Source: Octopus sinensis (taxonomy: Eukaryota). Taken from it: a stretch of 64,000 nt of DNA. This document shows positions 47,165 through 60,568 of the stretch, in pieces. Under the pieces are notes generated by a model, which saw only the letters and a program-made list of their open reading frames with translations, searched no databases and had not been told where the DNA came from. The position numbers and the translations under genes are program-made. The stretch covers positions 12,772,001-12,836,000 of the forward strand of contig NC_043020.1 of assembly GCF_006345805.1 (NCBI RefSeq), written 5' to 3'. Position 1 is the first letter of the stretch. Each line of letters begins with the position of its first letter.

Positions 47165-48039
47165 AATAACAATAATAATAATAATAATGAAATTATTGTA
47201 TACAGTTCTCAGGTGCACCACAACTTGTCAGAAAGTGCACATAAAGTGTATGCAGTAATGTACAAATGTCTGGAAAGCAAACAATGTATGAGTCAGATAC
47301 ATGCTTGTGTGTGTATGGATGGGAGAAAATCAGGTGTAGTGTTGGCGAATCTCAGAAAGCATGGAAGTTTTGAAAGATGCAGTGTTCCGACAACTAACAA
47401 CTGATGCCGGCAGTTTGTTCCATGCTTCAGCAACTCTCAGCGTGAAAAAAAATATTTCCGAAAGTCATGATGTTTTCTGACTTTGTAAATATGTCCATGG
47501 GTGTTAGACAGGTGGAGTTTGAAAAGGTGCTCAGAGTTATTGTTTGTAAGATGGTTAATAATTTTATGGGTGCCTGCCAAGTCAGCTGCCAGACGTTGGA
47601 GTTTCAATGTATCCATGCCCAGGGAAGTAAGGCGTTCAGAATATGGCAAATGCCTGATGGAGGGTATTCTCTTGGTTGCACATCACTGAACGGCTTCCAG
47701 ATGATTAATGTCCAGATCGGTGATGCAAATTCCAGGTGAGGTTGCACCATAGCTATATAAAGCTGCAGATAGATAGCCAGAGAGCGGCTCACAAAGGACT
47801 TGGTAAGTGATGCCAAGACACCCTCAGCCTTCTTGGCAATTTTAGCAATGTGTTTTGTCCAACACAAATCGCTGTCGACAATAATGCCCAGGTCACATTC
47901 ACAAGAAGACTTTTTGAGATTAGTGTTGTGGAGGGAGTAAGTAGACACTGGGTTTTTCCTCCCAAAATGCATGGTGGTACATTTGTTCACAGCCAGCTTG
48001 AGTTGCCAGTCAATGATCCACTGCTGCATTGTGTCCAGG
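47165..48039 (-). mobile_element. 5'-truncated CR1/L2-clade LINE (RT C-terminus, 3' UTR, (ATT)n tail)
   Basis: WQLKLAVNKC..MHFG, CDLGIIVDSDL, YIAMVQPHLEFASP.W and PYSERL..LG..TL motifs; frameshifted. Confidence 0.9.
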
Positions 48040-48128
48040 TCTAATCTATTAATCCATAGATGTAGTCATATATGGGGAGAAAACCATATTGCTGTGATGT
48101 TTGTGGCAAAGAATTCTCTCAAAAGAGT
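48040..48128 (+). pseudogene. C2H2 zinc-finger relic (SNLLIHRCSH.GEKPYCCDVCGKEFSQKS)
   Basis: H-x3-H, GEKPY linker and C-x2-C..F pattern, with small frameshifts. Confidence 0.65.
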
Positions 48129-48533
48129 ATGTACTTGCATAGGGAGTGATTTGATCTGAGATTGTGTGCTGGAACAAAAACAATTGCAGCGTGGAAGGTG
48201 TTTGTAAGCCATTTAAGAAACACACAAAAGCCGTTCGATTCACTTCAACATTTAAATTTAATTTGTCAAAATATTTTCATCGCTATAAGACCACGACTTA
48301 TTCACTGACAAAAATCCATGGTGAACAGGTCGCAGTCTTAAAGCGACGAAAATATTTTGACAAATGTCCTGAGGTCATTCTTCAGTATTTCATCCCATGT
48401 CTTGGGTCTCCCACTTGCACATATTCCATCCACTTTGAGAGATCAGTACATCTTTATGGAGCGGTCAGCATCCATCCGCATTACCAAACCAGCACTATCT
48501 TCCTTGTTGAACACAGCAACCAATTCCTCTTAA

Positions 48534-48840
48534 CTTTATTTATAAAACTAAAGTGTGTGTGTGTGTGTGTCTGTCTACTCCGATTTAGATTCCTAACTAC
48601 TCCCACATTTTGCGGTGCAGTTTAACCCAAAGTGGGTATCTTATAGTCGTGATTCATATCAAGCCCTTCTGGGTATTAGCGCGCGTCTATGATGAGTCTA
48701 CGATTTAAAAAAAAATTTACCATCATTTTTCAGCATTTTTAATGATTTTTGCTCGGGTTATATAAGGGAAGTAATTCTCTAAAAATGCTTATATAGCTAT
48801 TTCCCTTACAAACCCGAGCAACGCCGGGCGATACTGCTAG
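48534..48840 (+). mobile_element. Non-autonomous Helitron, same family as 22990-23374
   Basis: Shared body and 3' hairpin with CTAG|T. Confidence 0.75.
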
Positions 48841-49060
48841 TGCCTAATAAGAGAGAAGTTAGGAATTGTAATGCCCGTGGTAAAGTATTCTCTGTTAATA
48901 GCTGTTTATCTAAACACATCTTCACACAGGACAGAAACCATGCTTGGGGTGTCTTCTGCTATAGCCCCGGGCCAACCAATGCCTTGTGAGTGGATTTGGT
49001 AGACGGAAACTGAAAGAAGCCCGTCGTATATATGTATATATATGTATGTATATATATATA

Positions 49061-49105
<45 letters not shown>

Positions 49106-49704
49106 TCTTTACTACCCACAAGGGGCTAAACACAGAGGGGACAAACAAGGACAGACAAACGGATTAAGTCGATTACATCGACCCCAGTGGGTAACTGGTA
49201 CTTATTTAGTCGACCCCGAAAGGATGAAAGGCAAAGTCGACCTCGGCGGAATTTTAACTCAGGACGTAACGGCTGACGAAATACGGCTACGCATTTCGCC
49301 CGACGTGCTAACGTTTCTGCCAGCTCGCCGCCTATATATATATATGTAAAACATTCACCCATCAAAGTAGTCCGTTATGCCAAAGACATATTCATACATG
49401 ACAGAAGCTATTCCGTTGGTAATATCTGTGATAAAAACTTCTCTACAAATCTGTATTTAATGCACCACAGATGTAATCATTCAGGCAGGCATGGCTGTCT
49501 GGTAAGAAGATTGCTTCCCACCCATATGGTTCCGGGTTCAGTCCCACAGCATGGCACTTTGGGCAAGTGTCTTCTAGTATAGCCTCAGGCCGACCCAAAG
49601 CCTTGTGAGTGGATTTGGTAGGCAGAAACTGAAAGAAGCTTGTCGTGTGTGTGTATGTATGTATGTATGTATGTATATATGATAAAGAAGACATTGGATA
49701 TATA

Positions 49705-49737
<33 letters not shown>

Positions 49738-49947
49738 CTCTTTTTACTCTTTTACTTGTTTCAGTCATTTGACTGTGGCCATGCTGGAGCACTGCCTTTA
49801 GTCGAGCAAATCGACCCCGGGACTTATTCTTTGTAAGCCCAGTACTTATTCTCTCGGTCTCTTTTGCCAAACCGCTAAGTGACGGGGACGTAAACACACC
49901 AGCATCGGTTATCAAGCAATGCTAGGGGGACAAACACAGACACACAA

Positions 49948-49988
<41 letters not shown>

Positions 49989-50169
49989 CATATATACGAC
50001 GGGCTTCTTTCAGTTTCCGTCTACCAAATTCACTCACAAGGCATTGGTTGGCCCGGGGCTATAGCAGAAGAAACTTGCCCAAGATGCCACGCAGTGGGAC
50101 TGAACCCGGAACCATGTAGTTGGTAAGCAAGCTACTTACCACACAGCCACTCCTGTGCCTATATATATA

Positions 50170-50213
<44 letters not shown>

Positions 50214-50387
50214 GTATACAATATACGATGGGCTTCTTTCAGTTTCCGTCTACCAAATCCACTCACAAGGCATTGGTTGGCGGGGGGCTATAGCAGAAGA
50301 CCTTGCCCAAGATGCCCGCAGTGGGACTGAACCCGAACCATGTAGTTGGTAAGCAAGCTACTTACCACACAGCCACTCTGCACCTAT

Positions 50388-50625
50388 ATAAATATTATGG
50401 GGAGAGTTTACGAAAAAAACAAAAGACGAAGACAGGTGGTGTACAAAACAAACAAATGTATTAGTATAACGCTCAGGAATATGAAAAGTCTTTTACGTTT
50501 CAAGCCTATGCTCTTCTACAGTAAGGTACACAAAAAAAAACAAAACAAGGAGAGAAACAAGGACAGAAAAAAGGAGAGAAAAAGGGAGAGAAAAAATGTG
50601 TGTAGTGGCTAACGATCTATCATGG
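50388..50625 (-). mobile_element. Penelope-like fragment; inverted relative at 63700-63928 (+)
   Basis: Shared ctgt(c/a)gaagagcataggct(c/t)gaaa(c/t)gtaaaagact core and flanks. Confidence 0.5.
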
Positions 50626-50665
50626 CGTCTGACTCTCTCTCTCTCTCTCTCTCTATCTCTATATA

Positions 50666-50698
<33 letters not shown>

Positions 50699-51699
50699 CA
50701 TACATCGTGCAATGGGCAAATTGTCACCGTTGTATATCTTTAATTTTGTGCATGTGCATTTTATTATTTTTGGTTTTGTCAACTACAAAGTATAGTGGTG
50801 GGGTTAGTCTTCTACTATGGCTTCAGGATGACCAAAGCCTTGTTCCACTGTCAAAAATGAAGCTGACTTCTTTGGTGGCTGACTGGCAGGTCAGGTTCCA
50901 AAACTTTAACCCTTTGGTGTCAGATTACTCTGTTAAATGTAATACCTTTTCACTCAAATTGTTTTGAATTAATCATGCATTATCTTATAGCTTTGAGGTT
51001 TCAATGATGTGATTGTTTATTTTCAGAATGACATTGTAGGTTAGGAGTGAGAGGCTAGATATCGCCAGTTTGAATATAAAACATGTAGAATATATTGGGC
51101 CGGATTTGGCCGGTTTAAACACTAAAGGGTTAATGACTTAAATATCCAAAGACGGTGAAAGTAGATGGAATCTGTGGAAGGAAACTCTCCAACGGAGCAC
51201 AAATTCAATAAGAAAGTGAATAATAAAAAAACAGTTTTCACAAATCAGCAAGAACGAAAATATGAATCACCAGGCATAACCATATTTGGCTCTGTTTAAA
51301 TTAGTTGTTTTATTTTCATAAACGACATAACAGTTTTAATACAATTTGCAGTGGACAGCAGCTGGGGGGGAACCAGAGGCCATCTGGAAAGAGGATTTAT
51401 TTGATACCTTTCTTTTTTTTTGGTGGGGGTTGGGGGGAGTTCAGTGGAATAACGACAGAATAAATAATGGAAGACGGTGAAATGAAAGAAAAAGTTCAGC
51501 AGCAACATCAACAATATTTGCTAACAACAGGAGTAGCAAGACCGCTTTAAAAACTAAGTTACAAAGCAGAGGAGAGGCAGCAGGGCATGGGCATTTTTGA
51601 CCTGTTACAGGAATGAAAAATGTTATTTATATTCTATACATATATATACATACACGCACAAACGTGTGTATGTATATACATACATACATACACACACAG

Positions 51700-51733
<34 letters not shown>

Positions 51734-51787
51734 GTATGTATGTATATATATACTATATATACACGCACATGCCACACACACACACAA

Positions 51788-51837
<50 letters not shown>

Positions 51838-52377
51838 GTATGTATATATACATACATATATATATGAATGTATGTATATATATATACATACATATATATA
51901 TGTATGTATATATATATATACTATATATACACACACATGCCACACACACACCAATATGTATATGTATATGTATGTATATATATATATATATATATATAAT
52001 ATGCAAGCACATGCCACACACACAGACACCGATATGTATATGTATATGTGTGTATATATATATATTTATTATTAAAGGTTTTGATTATCATCTCATCAGT
52101 GACCAGCAAGATATTGCAAAAATCAGTGTAGCAACAGAAAATAATCTCAGAACTATAAATAACGTGCATGCACACGTGTGTGGTGTGTGTGTTGTATCTT
52201 TAATCTCTTGTGTGTTCCAGTCATTAGACTGTGGCCATTCTTAGTCAAATCTATCAACCCCAGTACTTAGTTATTTTTTAAAAGCCTTGTTCTTATTCAA
52301 TTGGTCTCTTTTTCTGAATCACTAAGTTACAGGGACGCAAACATACCAGCACCGGTTTTCAAGCAGGGGTAGAACAT

Positions 52378-52450
<73 letters not shown>

Positions 52451-52660
52451 ATCTATCAAATCCATTCACAAAGCTTTGGTTGGCCCAAGGCTAAAGTAGA
52501 AGACACTTGCTCAAGGTACCACACAGTAGGACTAAGCCCAGAACCATGTAGTCTGGGAGCAAGCTTCTTACCACACAGCTACGCCTGTACCTATAACTAT
52601 ATATAAATACATGATATATGATATATATATATATCTCTTTAGCACTCACCTCAGATACAA

Positions 52661-52695
<35 letters not shown>

Positions 52696-53009
52696 TACAC
52701 ATACACACATGTTCTCTCTCTCACTTTCTCCTCATCCACCATCACCCTCTTGTACTGTCTTATATTCCTCCCCACCACTACGAAACTCTATAAAATGATT
52801 AAAATTCCCCACAAAGGAACTTATTTTGATTTGAAAACCCCACTAGAATGGGAGAAAACGCTAATGAATCTAAGTGATATGATATATATGTAAAAAATGT
52901 AATATATAAATAAATATCTGTAAATATAAACATCGATCTTCTGATTACCTCATTTCTTCTAATATATATATATCATATATATATACATACCATATATGTA
53001 TATAATATA

Positions 53010-53175
53010 AAAATTATAATTTAGGGTGTCTAAGAGATACCACCAGGCTTGAAATAGCAGTCAAAACTTGACTCTAGAACCACCTTAAATGAACATTTAA
53101 GGTGGTTTTAGAGTCAAGTTTTGGCTGCTATTTCCAGCGTGGAGGTATCTCTTAGATACCCTAAATTATAATTTT
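53010..53175. repeat. Near-perfect palindrome (about 82-bp arms, 2-nt loop)
   Basis: ...ccaccttaaatg AA catttaaggtgg... Confidence 0.92.
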
Positions 53176-54416
53176 GATAATTATTATTACCTTTGAAGGT
53201 TTTTATTCCCATACTGGCCACTTGATAAGTTCGATATTTAAATAACGATCTTATCCTTATTTATATATATGTATATATATATATATAAAAGGAAATGAAG
53301 AAAATGCTGACAAAATAATTTAAGTAATTTAAGTAATTTAATTAGGTGAAAGTTCTTTTTACCGGTTGCGCATTTGTTATGCTTATCAAAAGATTAGAGT
53401 TCCTTTCTGATAGATTTTTTCCTCTTATCTTATCTTATATATATATATGTATCAACTAAAATTGGTCTCTGTTGCTACTCAGAGTTTAATGGGGTTTTTT
53501 TGCACTGGTGCTTAGGAGCTAGCAGTCAAAACCTCAATGTGTTGGTCCATACAATGATGAATAATTGATATTTCTTCTCAAATATAAGTATTGAAATCTA
53601 CGTTTATCATCTGTTGATAAACTGTACATATATATATATATATACTCTTTACTCTTTACTCTTTTACTTGTTTCAGTCATTTGACTGCGGCCTTTAGTCG
53701 AGCAAATCGACCCCGGGACTTATTCTTTTGTAAGCCCAGCACTTATTCTATCGGTCTCTTTTGCCGAACCGCTAAGTGACGGGGACGTAAACACACCAGC
53801 ATTGGTTGTCAAGCAATGCTAGGGGAGACAACCACAGACACACAAACACACACACATACATATATATATACATATATACGACAGGCTTCTTTTCAGTTTC
53901 CGTCTACCAAATCCACTCACAAGGCATTGGTCGGCCCGAGGCTATAGCAGAAGGCACTTGCCCAAGATGCCACGCAGTGGGACTGAACCCGGAACCATGT
54001 GGTTGGTTAGCAAGCTACGTACCACACAGCCACTCCTGCGCCTAAATGGTCACAGTCCTCTTTGGGCTGCAACAATGCTGGGGTACCATCTTGAACAGTT
54101 TAGTCAAACAACTCCTCCCCAGTACATATTACTTTGGCCTCCTTTGCCAAAACTGCTGAGCTATGGGGGACATCAATGAACAATGGTTGCCAAGCAGTTA
54201 GTGAACATACACAACGACACAGATATATACATGCATATATACAAATATTTACACACACACACGCACACAAACACACACGTTTTGCGATTCCACTTAGGCA
54301 TAACAATGCTTAATAATTTTGTGTTAGAACTCAATACATGTATGCTTCAGAATAAAGCGTTAGTTGAGTATAAAGCATTATATGAAACAACAAAAGAACA
54401 GTATTTACATAATGAA

Positions 54417-54669
54417 CTTCATTAGCTTACAGTTGTTTCTGCTATAAGATGTAGTGCACTTGGAGCTGAGTGCTTGTGCATCATGTTATTGCTTCTTCAG
54501 AGCTTCTAAAATGAAGAGCAAGTTTATTTGGAAAAGTATTTACATACATTGAAAATATCACCATAAAAAATATAAAAATACATAAGAAATGGAGTATAAA
54601 GGTTGAAAGATAGCAGCCACTGCCAGAAATATGTAGATTTAGATAACTCTGTGTGTCTGTGTGTGTGTG

Positions 54670-54721
<52 letters not shown>

Positions 54722-54901
54722 TGTGTGTGCGTGCATGTGTGCATAATGAACCTCTATAAAAGATCACCGCTTCATGGTGATCTTTTCCAAATAACCTTGC
54801 ACTTCTTTTAGAAGTTCTGAAGAAGCTATAAAATGATGTACAAGCACTCAGTTCCGAGTGTACTGTATGTTATAGCAGAAACATCTGTATGCCAATGAAG
54901 A
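54417..54901. mobile_element. MITE-like element with about 120-bp diverged TIRs around (TG)n
   Basis: 54417-54538 is complementary to 54784-54901. Confidence 0.7.
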
Positions 54902-55106
54902 TGATTATGTGATTTCTGTTTCGTTGTCATTTATTTGATATATATGTGTGTGTATATATATATACACAGGATTCAACACACTTTCCATCCGCCAAATTCA
55001 CCTACAAAGCAATTGGTTGGGCACACAACAGGACTGAACTTGGAATCATGTGGTTGAAAAGTCATATATATATATGTCTGTGTATATGTATATATATTTA
55101 TATGTA

Positions 55107-55140
<34 letters not shown>

Positions 55141-55221
55141 GATGTATATTATGATACATATATGATATATATAATGTACATTACATATAATATATATATA
55201 TACATATATATATACATATAA

Positions 55222-55268
<47 letters not shown>

Positions 55269-55323
55269 ATTATAAATATATATTATGATACATATATGAA
55301 TATATAATGTACATACATATAAT

Positions 55324-55360
<37 letters not shown>

Positions 55361-55659
55361 TATTATATATATATATATATATACTATATAATACAGAGTT
55401 ACTTTGGTTTGTATAATAACTTCCTCCCTGGTTTGAGATTGCTTCCTGCTTGGGAGGCTTGTCATATGCTGGGGGGAAACTCCAATTTAACAAGGCTAGT
55501 GAAAGCCAGAATAAACAATAAATGCATGTATGTGTGTGCGCGCATGCGTGTGAACGTATATAAAGATCTTAAACAGTCAAAAACTGTCACTACTGAACAA
55601 TTCCTGCCAAACTTTCATCTCCTGTGAAACATTATTTAAAGAATGCAATCATGAATTTC

Positions 55660-55751
55660 ATGTCCATTGTTGATATATATATATATATATATATATATGA
55701 ATAATATATATATATATATATATATATATGAATATATATCTATATATATAT

Positions 55752-55784
<33 letters not shown>

Positions 55785-55839
55785 TTAATATATATATATA
55801 TATTCATAATATATATATATATATATTATATATATATAT

Positions 55840-55884
<45 letters not shown>

Positions 55885-55888
55885 TATA

Positions 55889-55930
<42 letters not shown>

Positions 55931-56050
55931 TAATATATATATATATAGAATATAATATTGAATATATTATATATAGATATATATATATATGAATATATAT
56001 AGATATATATATATATATATATATATATGAATATATATATATATATATAG

Positions 56051-56090
<40 letters not shown>
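55660..56090. repeat. Long interrupted (TA)n microsatellite; similar tracts at 51630-52070, 55070-55390 and 62540-62905
   Basis: direct reading. Confidence 0.95.
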
Positions 56091-57234
56091 GTATTAATTG
56101 TTTATGTTTTCACGTTCATTTTGCGTCCCAACAACTGGATTTGGATCAATTTACAAAAAAATTTCTTTTGAGTCAAAAAATACAATTGGTTTTTTTTTTT
56201 TTTCCTTTTCTTTTCTTGAAATATTCAACAACAAAAAAAAACAAAAACAATCAACAGTGAATGAACCTTTGTTAATAATTTCAAACTGATTAATTAAAAC
56301 TAAAACAGTTTCTTAAATAGAAAAAAAAAATTTTTTTTTTAAAAAAAAGGTAAGATTTTAGGAAAACTGGGTTTTCTTTTGTCCAGAGTATTTTGTAGTT
56401 GATATTTTCTCGTTTCTTCAGATCTTGTTGATCATGGATTAATGAACCATTGAGAAAAACCTTTGACCATCACTAACAAAAGTTCACCAAAATCTACATT
56501 TACGGCATTCTTTTACTGGATTCAGTTCACAAGCTGTGGCCAAGTTGTGGCACTGTTATTAAAAAACTGTTCAATTTTTTGTTCTTTTTGTCATTAACTC
56601 TTTAGCATTCAAATTATTCTGTCAAAAGTAATCTTTATTCATTCACATTGTTTTTAATTAATTATGAATTATGTTGTAGCTTTGCGATTTTGATGAAGTA
56701 ATCGTTAATTTTTATAATGATATTATCGGTTTGGATATTTTGGCTGGATCTGGATTGTCTAAATGCTAAAGGGTTAAGATATTTTGTTTTTGTCTTAAAC
56801 TTTAATGTAGAAATATGTTTTCATGAAGCAAACATGAAAAAAAGAGAGGAGAAAGATAAAATATTTACTCATAAAAACACCTACAACCTCCACCCCCACC
56901 CGAAAAAATCCAACAATCTCATATTTTTCAAGTTTTAAATAAGAGAAAATTTGTTGCCTGGTTTCTTTTTAGATAGGAAGAATGAATTATTATGAACAAT
57001 CATTATATATATATATCATCATGAGATGATGATATATATATAATATATATAATTTATATATATATATATATATAATATTAATTAGAGACAAATATATTAT
57101 ATATTTACTCATTAAAAACACCTACAACCTCCACCCCCACCCGAAAAAAATCCAACAATCTCATATTTTTCAAATTTTAAATAAGAGAAAATTTATATTA
57201 GAGACATATATATATATATATGTATGTATGTATA

Positions 57235-57239
<5 letters not shown>

Positions 57240-57270
<31 letters not shown>

Positions 57271-57487
57271 TGTATGTATGTATGTATCTATGTATACATG
57301 TATGTATGTATGTTGTATGTATGTATGTATGTATATATATATATATATACATATGTGGTGTATGTGTATATATATGTATATCTATGTGGTGTGTATGTAT
57401 GCTGTGTATGTATATATGTATGTGGGGGGGCTATATATATGTGGGATGTGTGCATATATAATATATGTGGGGGTATGTGTGTATATA

Positions 57488-57530
<43 letters not shown>

Positions 57531-57612
57531 TTAAGATTTGATGATCTGTTAATATTTATATATACATCGAGAAACACTGATAATCAAACAGTTTTATAGT
57601 TTATGTATGTAT
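57240..57612 (+). repeat. Local duplication, copy 1 (copy 2 at about 61520-61900)
   Basis: Same (TATG)n/(TA)n mosaic plus unique tail cttaagatttgatgatctgttaatatttatatatacatcgagaaac. Confidence 0.85.
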
Positions 57613-58292
57613 ACACAAAATATGTATTTATAGAACCATATTCTTCAGTGTATTCCTACCTAACTTAAGAATGTAGGAGTGTAATTTGAAGGAAATTTTG
57701 CTGTTGTTTCTAGTGAGTTGAGTGACTATATGGAGGCCTTCTTGCATTGACTCAAAATATAGTTTGAGTGTTGCTTTTTAACTCCAGGTCATCCTCGACT
57801 GAACCGAACTACAATGGAAAGCCTTCCCCTTATGACCATCCAGGTTTTTGATATATCAGGAAGTAAATTATTTAAGAGGGTAGGGCATGATTTGAGGGAG
57901 GTGTGATTGCTATTTCCAGCAGTGACAATGGAGAAGCTCTGTTACTGAACACTAGGATCAGTCAGCATACACTGATATTACTTTATATATTTTATCTAGT
58001 TTCAGCTCACGAGCTGTGGCCATGCTGGAGCACCACCATGGTAAAAAATAAAAAATACAGTGACCAGATCAGCCAGTACTTTAATTTGTCAACAAACAAC
58101 TCTCTCTTACTCAGACTGTTTCATTCCTTCTGAGAAATTATTGTGAGAAGCAGTGGGTGGTATGAGCTAGTTAGGGAGGGTGTGAAAAGAAGTAAGAAGA
58201 AAGGTTGGCAGTGTTTCAGTTACATATATAGATATACCTAGGTAAGCTTCATTGAAAGTAGGATATGATTTCTTAATTATTCCATTATACAG

Positions 58293-58324
58293 ATAACAGA
58301 ATGAAGAATCAAACAGAGCTCTTG
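58293..58324 (+). other. Candidate microexon of a second gene ((D)NRMKNQTELL, may contain the start ATG)
   Basis: ttattccattatacag acceptor and gtgagt donor around 32 nt of non-repeat sequence; no homology recognised. Confidence 0.4.
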
Positions 58325-60550
58325 GTGAGTACTCCAGTTGGGGCTTGATTATTACTCTTTTACTCTTTTACTTGTTTTCAGTCATTTGACTGCGGCCATG
58401 CTGGAGCACCGCCTTTAGTCGAGCAATCGACCCCGGGACTTATTCTTTTTGTAAGCCCAGTACTTATTCTATCGGTCTCTTTTTGCCGAACGCTATGTGA
58501 CGGGACGTAAACACACCAGCATCGGTTGTCAAGCAATGCTAGGGGGACAAACACAGACCACACAAACATACCACACCACAACATATATATATATTATATA
58601 TATCTATTATATATATATAATATAATATATATATATATATAACATATTTACGACGGGCTGCTTTTCAGTTTTCCGTCTAAAATCCACTCATCAACAAGGC
58701 ATTGTCGCACCGGCTTATAGCAGAAGAAATTGCCCAAGATGCCAAGATGTGGGGACTGAACCCGGAACATGTGGTTGGTTAGCAAGCTACTCCACACAGC
58801 CACTCCTGAGGGCCTATTGATTGGATTATTTTGATGACCTCAAAATTTTGTTCCTATGACTAATAAATAATATTGGTCACAAGAATAACAGTGCCAAATA
58901 TTGGTTTCAAATTTTAACACAAGGCCTGCTATTTCAGAGTGGAGGGGATGAGTTGAATACATTGACGCCAGCATTCAACCCCGAAATGAAAGGCAAAATT
59001 GACCTCAGTCGAATTTAAACTCAGGACATAAGGAGGGACGAAATGCCACTAAGCATTTTGCCAAGTCTGCTAACAATTCTTCCTGTTCAATGCCCTAATA
59101 ACAGTATCAAAATATTGGCACAAAAACAAATATTTCTATAAATTCTGGTAAAATATCATATTCGTTTCTACTCTAGGCACAAGGCCCAAAATTTTGGGGA
59201 AGGAGCCAGTCAATTAGATCAACCCAGTACACAACTGGTACTTAATTTATTGACCCTGAAAGGATGAAAAGCAAAGTCGACCTCAGTGGAATTTGAAACC
59301 AGAACGTAAGGACAGACAAAATACCTATTTCTTTACAACCCACAAGGAGCTAAACACAGAGGGGACAAACAAGGGCAGACAAACGGATTAAGTCGATTAT
59401 ATCGACCCCAGTGCGTAACTGGTACTTATTTAATCGAACCTGAAAGGATTAAAGGCAAAGTCGACCTCGGTGGAATTTGAACTCAGAATGTAGCAGCAAA
59501 CGAAATACCTATTTCTTTATTACCCACAAAGGGCTAAACATAGAGGGGACAAACAAGGACAGACATAGGTATTAAGTCGATTACATCGACCTCAGTGCGT
59601 AACTGGTACTTAATTTATCGACCCCGAAAAGATGAAAGGTAAAGTTGACCTTGGCAGAATTAGAACTCACAATGTAACGGCAGACGAAATACCGCTAAGC
59701 ATTTCACTCGGGATGCTAACGTTTCTGAGAATGTGTCAATGAGAAAATGTATTTAGAGTTTCAATTATTAATCAAAAGTGATTTGAGCAAAGTTGTATGC
59801 GATGATGATGATAATTAACAATATGGCTTAGAATTTTCCAAACGAGTCTAACAGGAATGATTATTATCACTGCAATCATTAACGAGATAAAATTGTCGAA
59901 AAAATATCTCTGTAAATTCTTCTAATTATTATTGAAAATATGGATATGCATTTCTTTCTTGAAACAGTTTTAAAATCATTTTGGAACACAACATTTACCA
60001 CTTCTTGTCTCACAATGCAATGGGGGGCGGGGTGGGGTACATTTCTGGTTCAGTCTCTTCTTAAAAAAAAATTTTCCCCATTCAATCACAAATTCTGAAA
60101 TTGTCTCCAAAATCCCATTGTTGTTGTTGTTGTTGTTGTTGTTTTGAACAACTTTTCTGTTCTAAACTGGATATTGAATTCTCTGGAATAAAAAACAAAA
60201 ACAAAAAAAAAAAATACAAAAAAAAAAATCTAATTCAAAAATTGCTCTGGAAGCAGGTGAAAAGTAGCTGACATATTATACAAATATCTACAAATATAAA
60301 CACAAGGACAATGAAATAGCATCAGTGGGTGGCCCAGGGCCAATTTGGTTTTAATTATTTTCAATGTTTTTTTACATCCATTTTTGTCCATGCTAGCATG
60401 AGTGGGTGGTTTTTGTTGGAGCAATTTTTTTACAGCTGGATGCCCCTTCCTACCGCTAACCACTCAGCTGTGAAGTAGGAGTGGAACCTGTTTTTATTAT
60501 GTCAGTCATGCAGACTGAGGCAAGCAGAGTTATGTACCCTTTTTTTGCAG

Positions 60551-60568
60551 GGTTACAATACAATGGCT
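60551..60568 (+). other. Candidate 18-nt microexon (GYNTMA; acaATGG Kozak context)
   Basis: ccttttttgcag acceptor, gtaagt donor; phase compatible with 58293-58324. Confidence 0.4.

Noticed and set aside
52113-52136. Minus-strand CCYTDFCN, resembling the Ly6/uPAR or TGF-beta-receptor cysteine box
   Set aside because: No hydrophobic GPI or TM segment follows, the donor is weak, and no upstream cysteine-rich exons were found; treated as chance pending RNA evidence.
51318-56552. Phase-compatible minus-strand exon chain 56552-56504, 55495-55403, 51383-51318 (CHNLATACELNPVKEC-P-LLNWSFPPAYDKPPK...)
   Set aside because: Donors are weak (gtaaat, gtaact), no family was recognised, and the first segment overlaps a plus-strand exon candidate; not supportable without transcripts.
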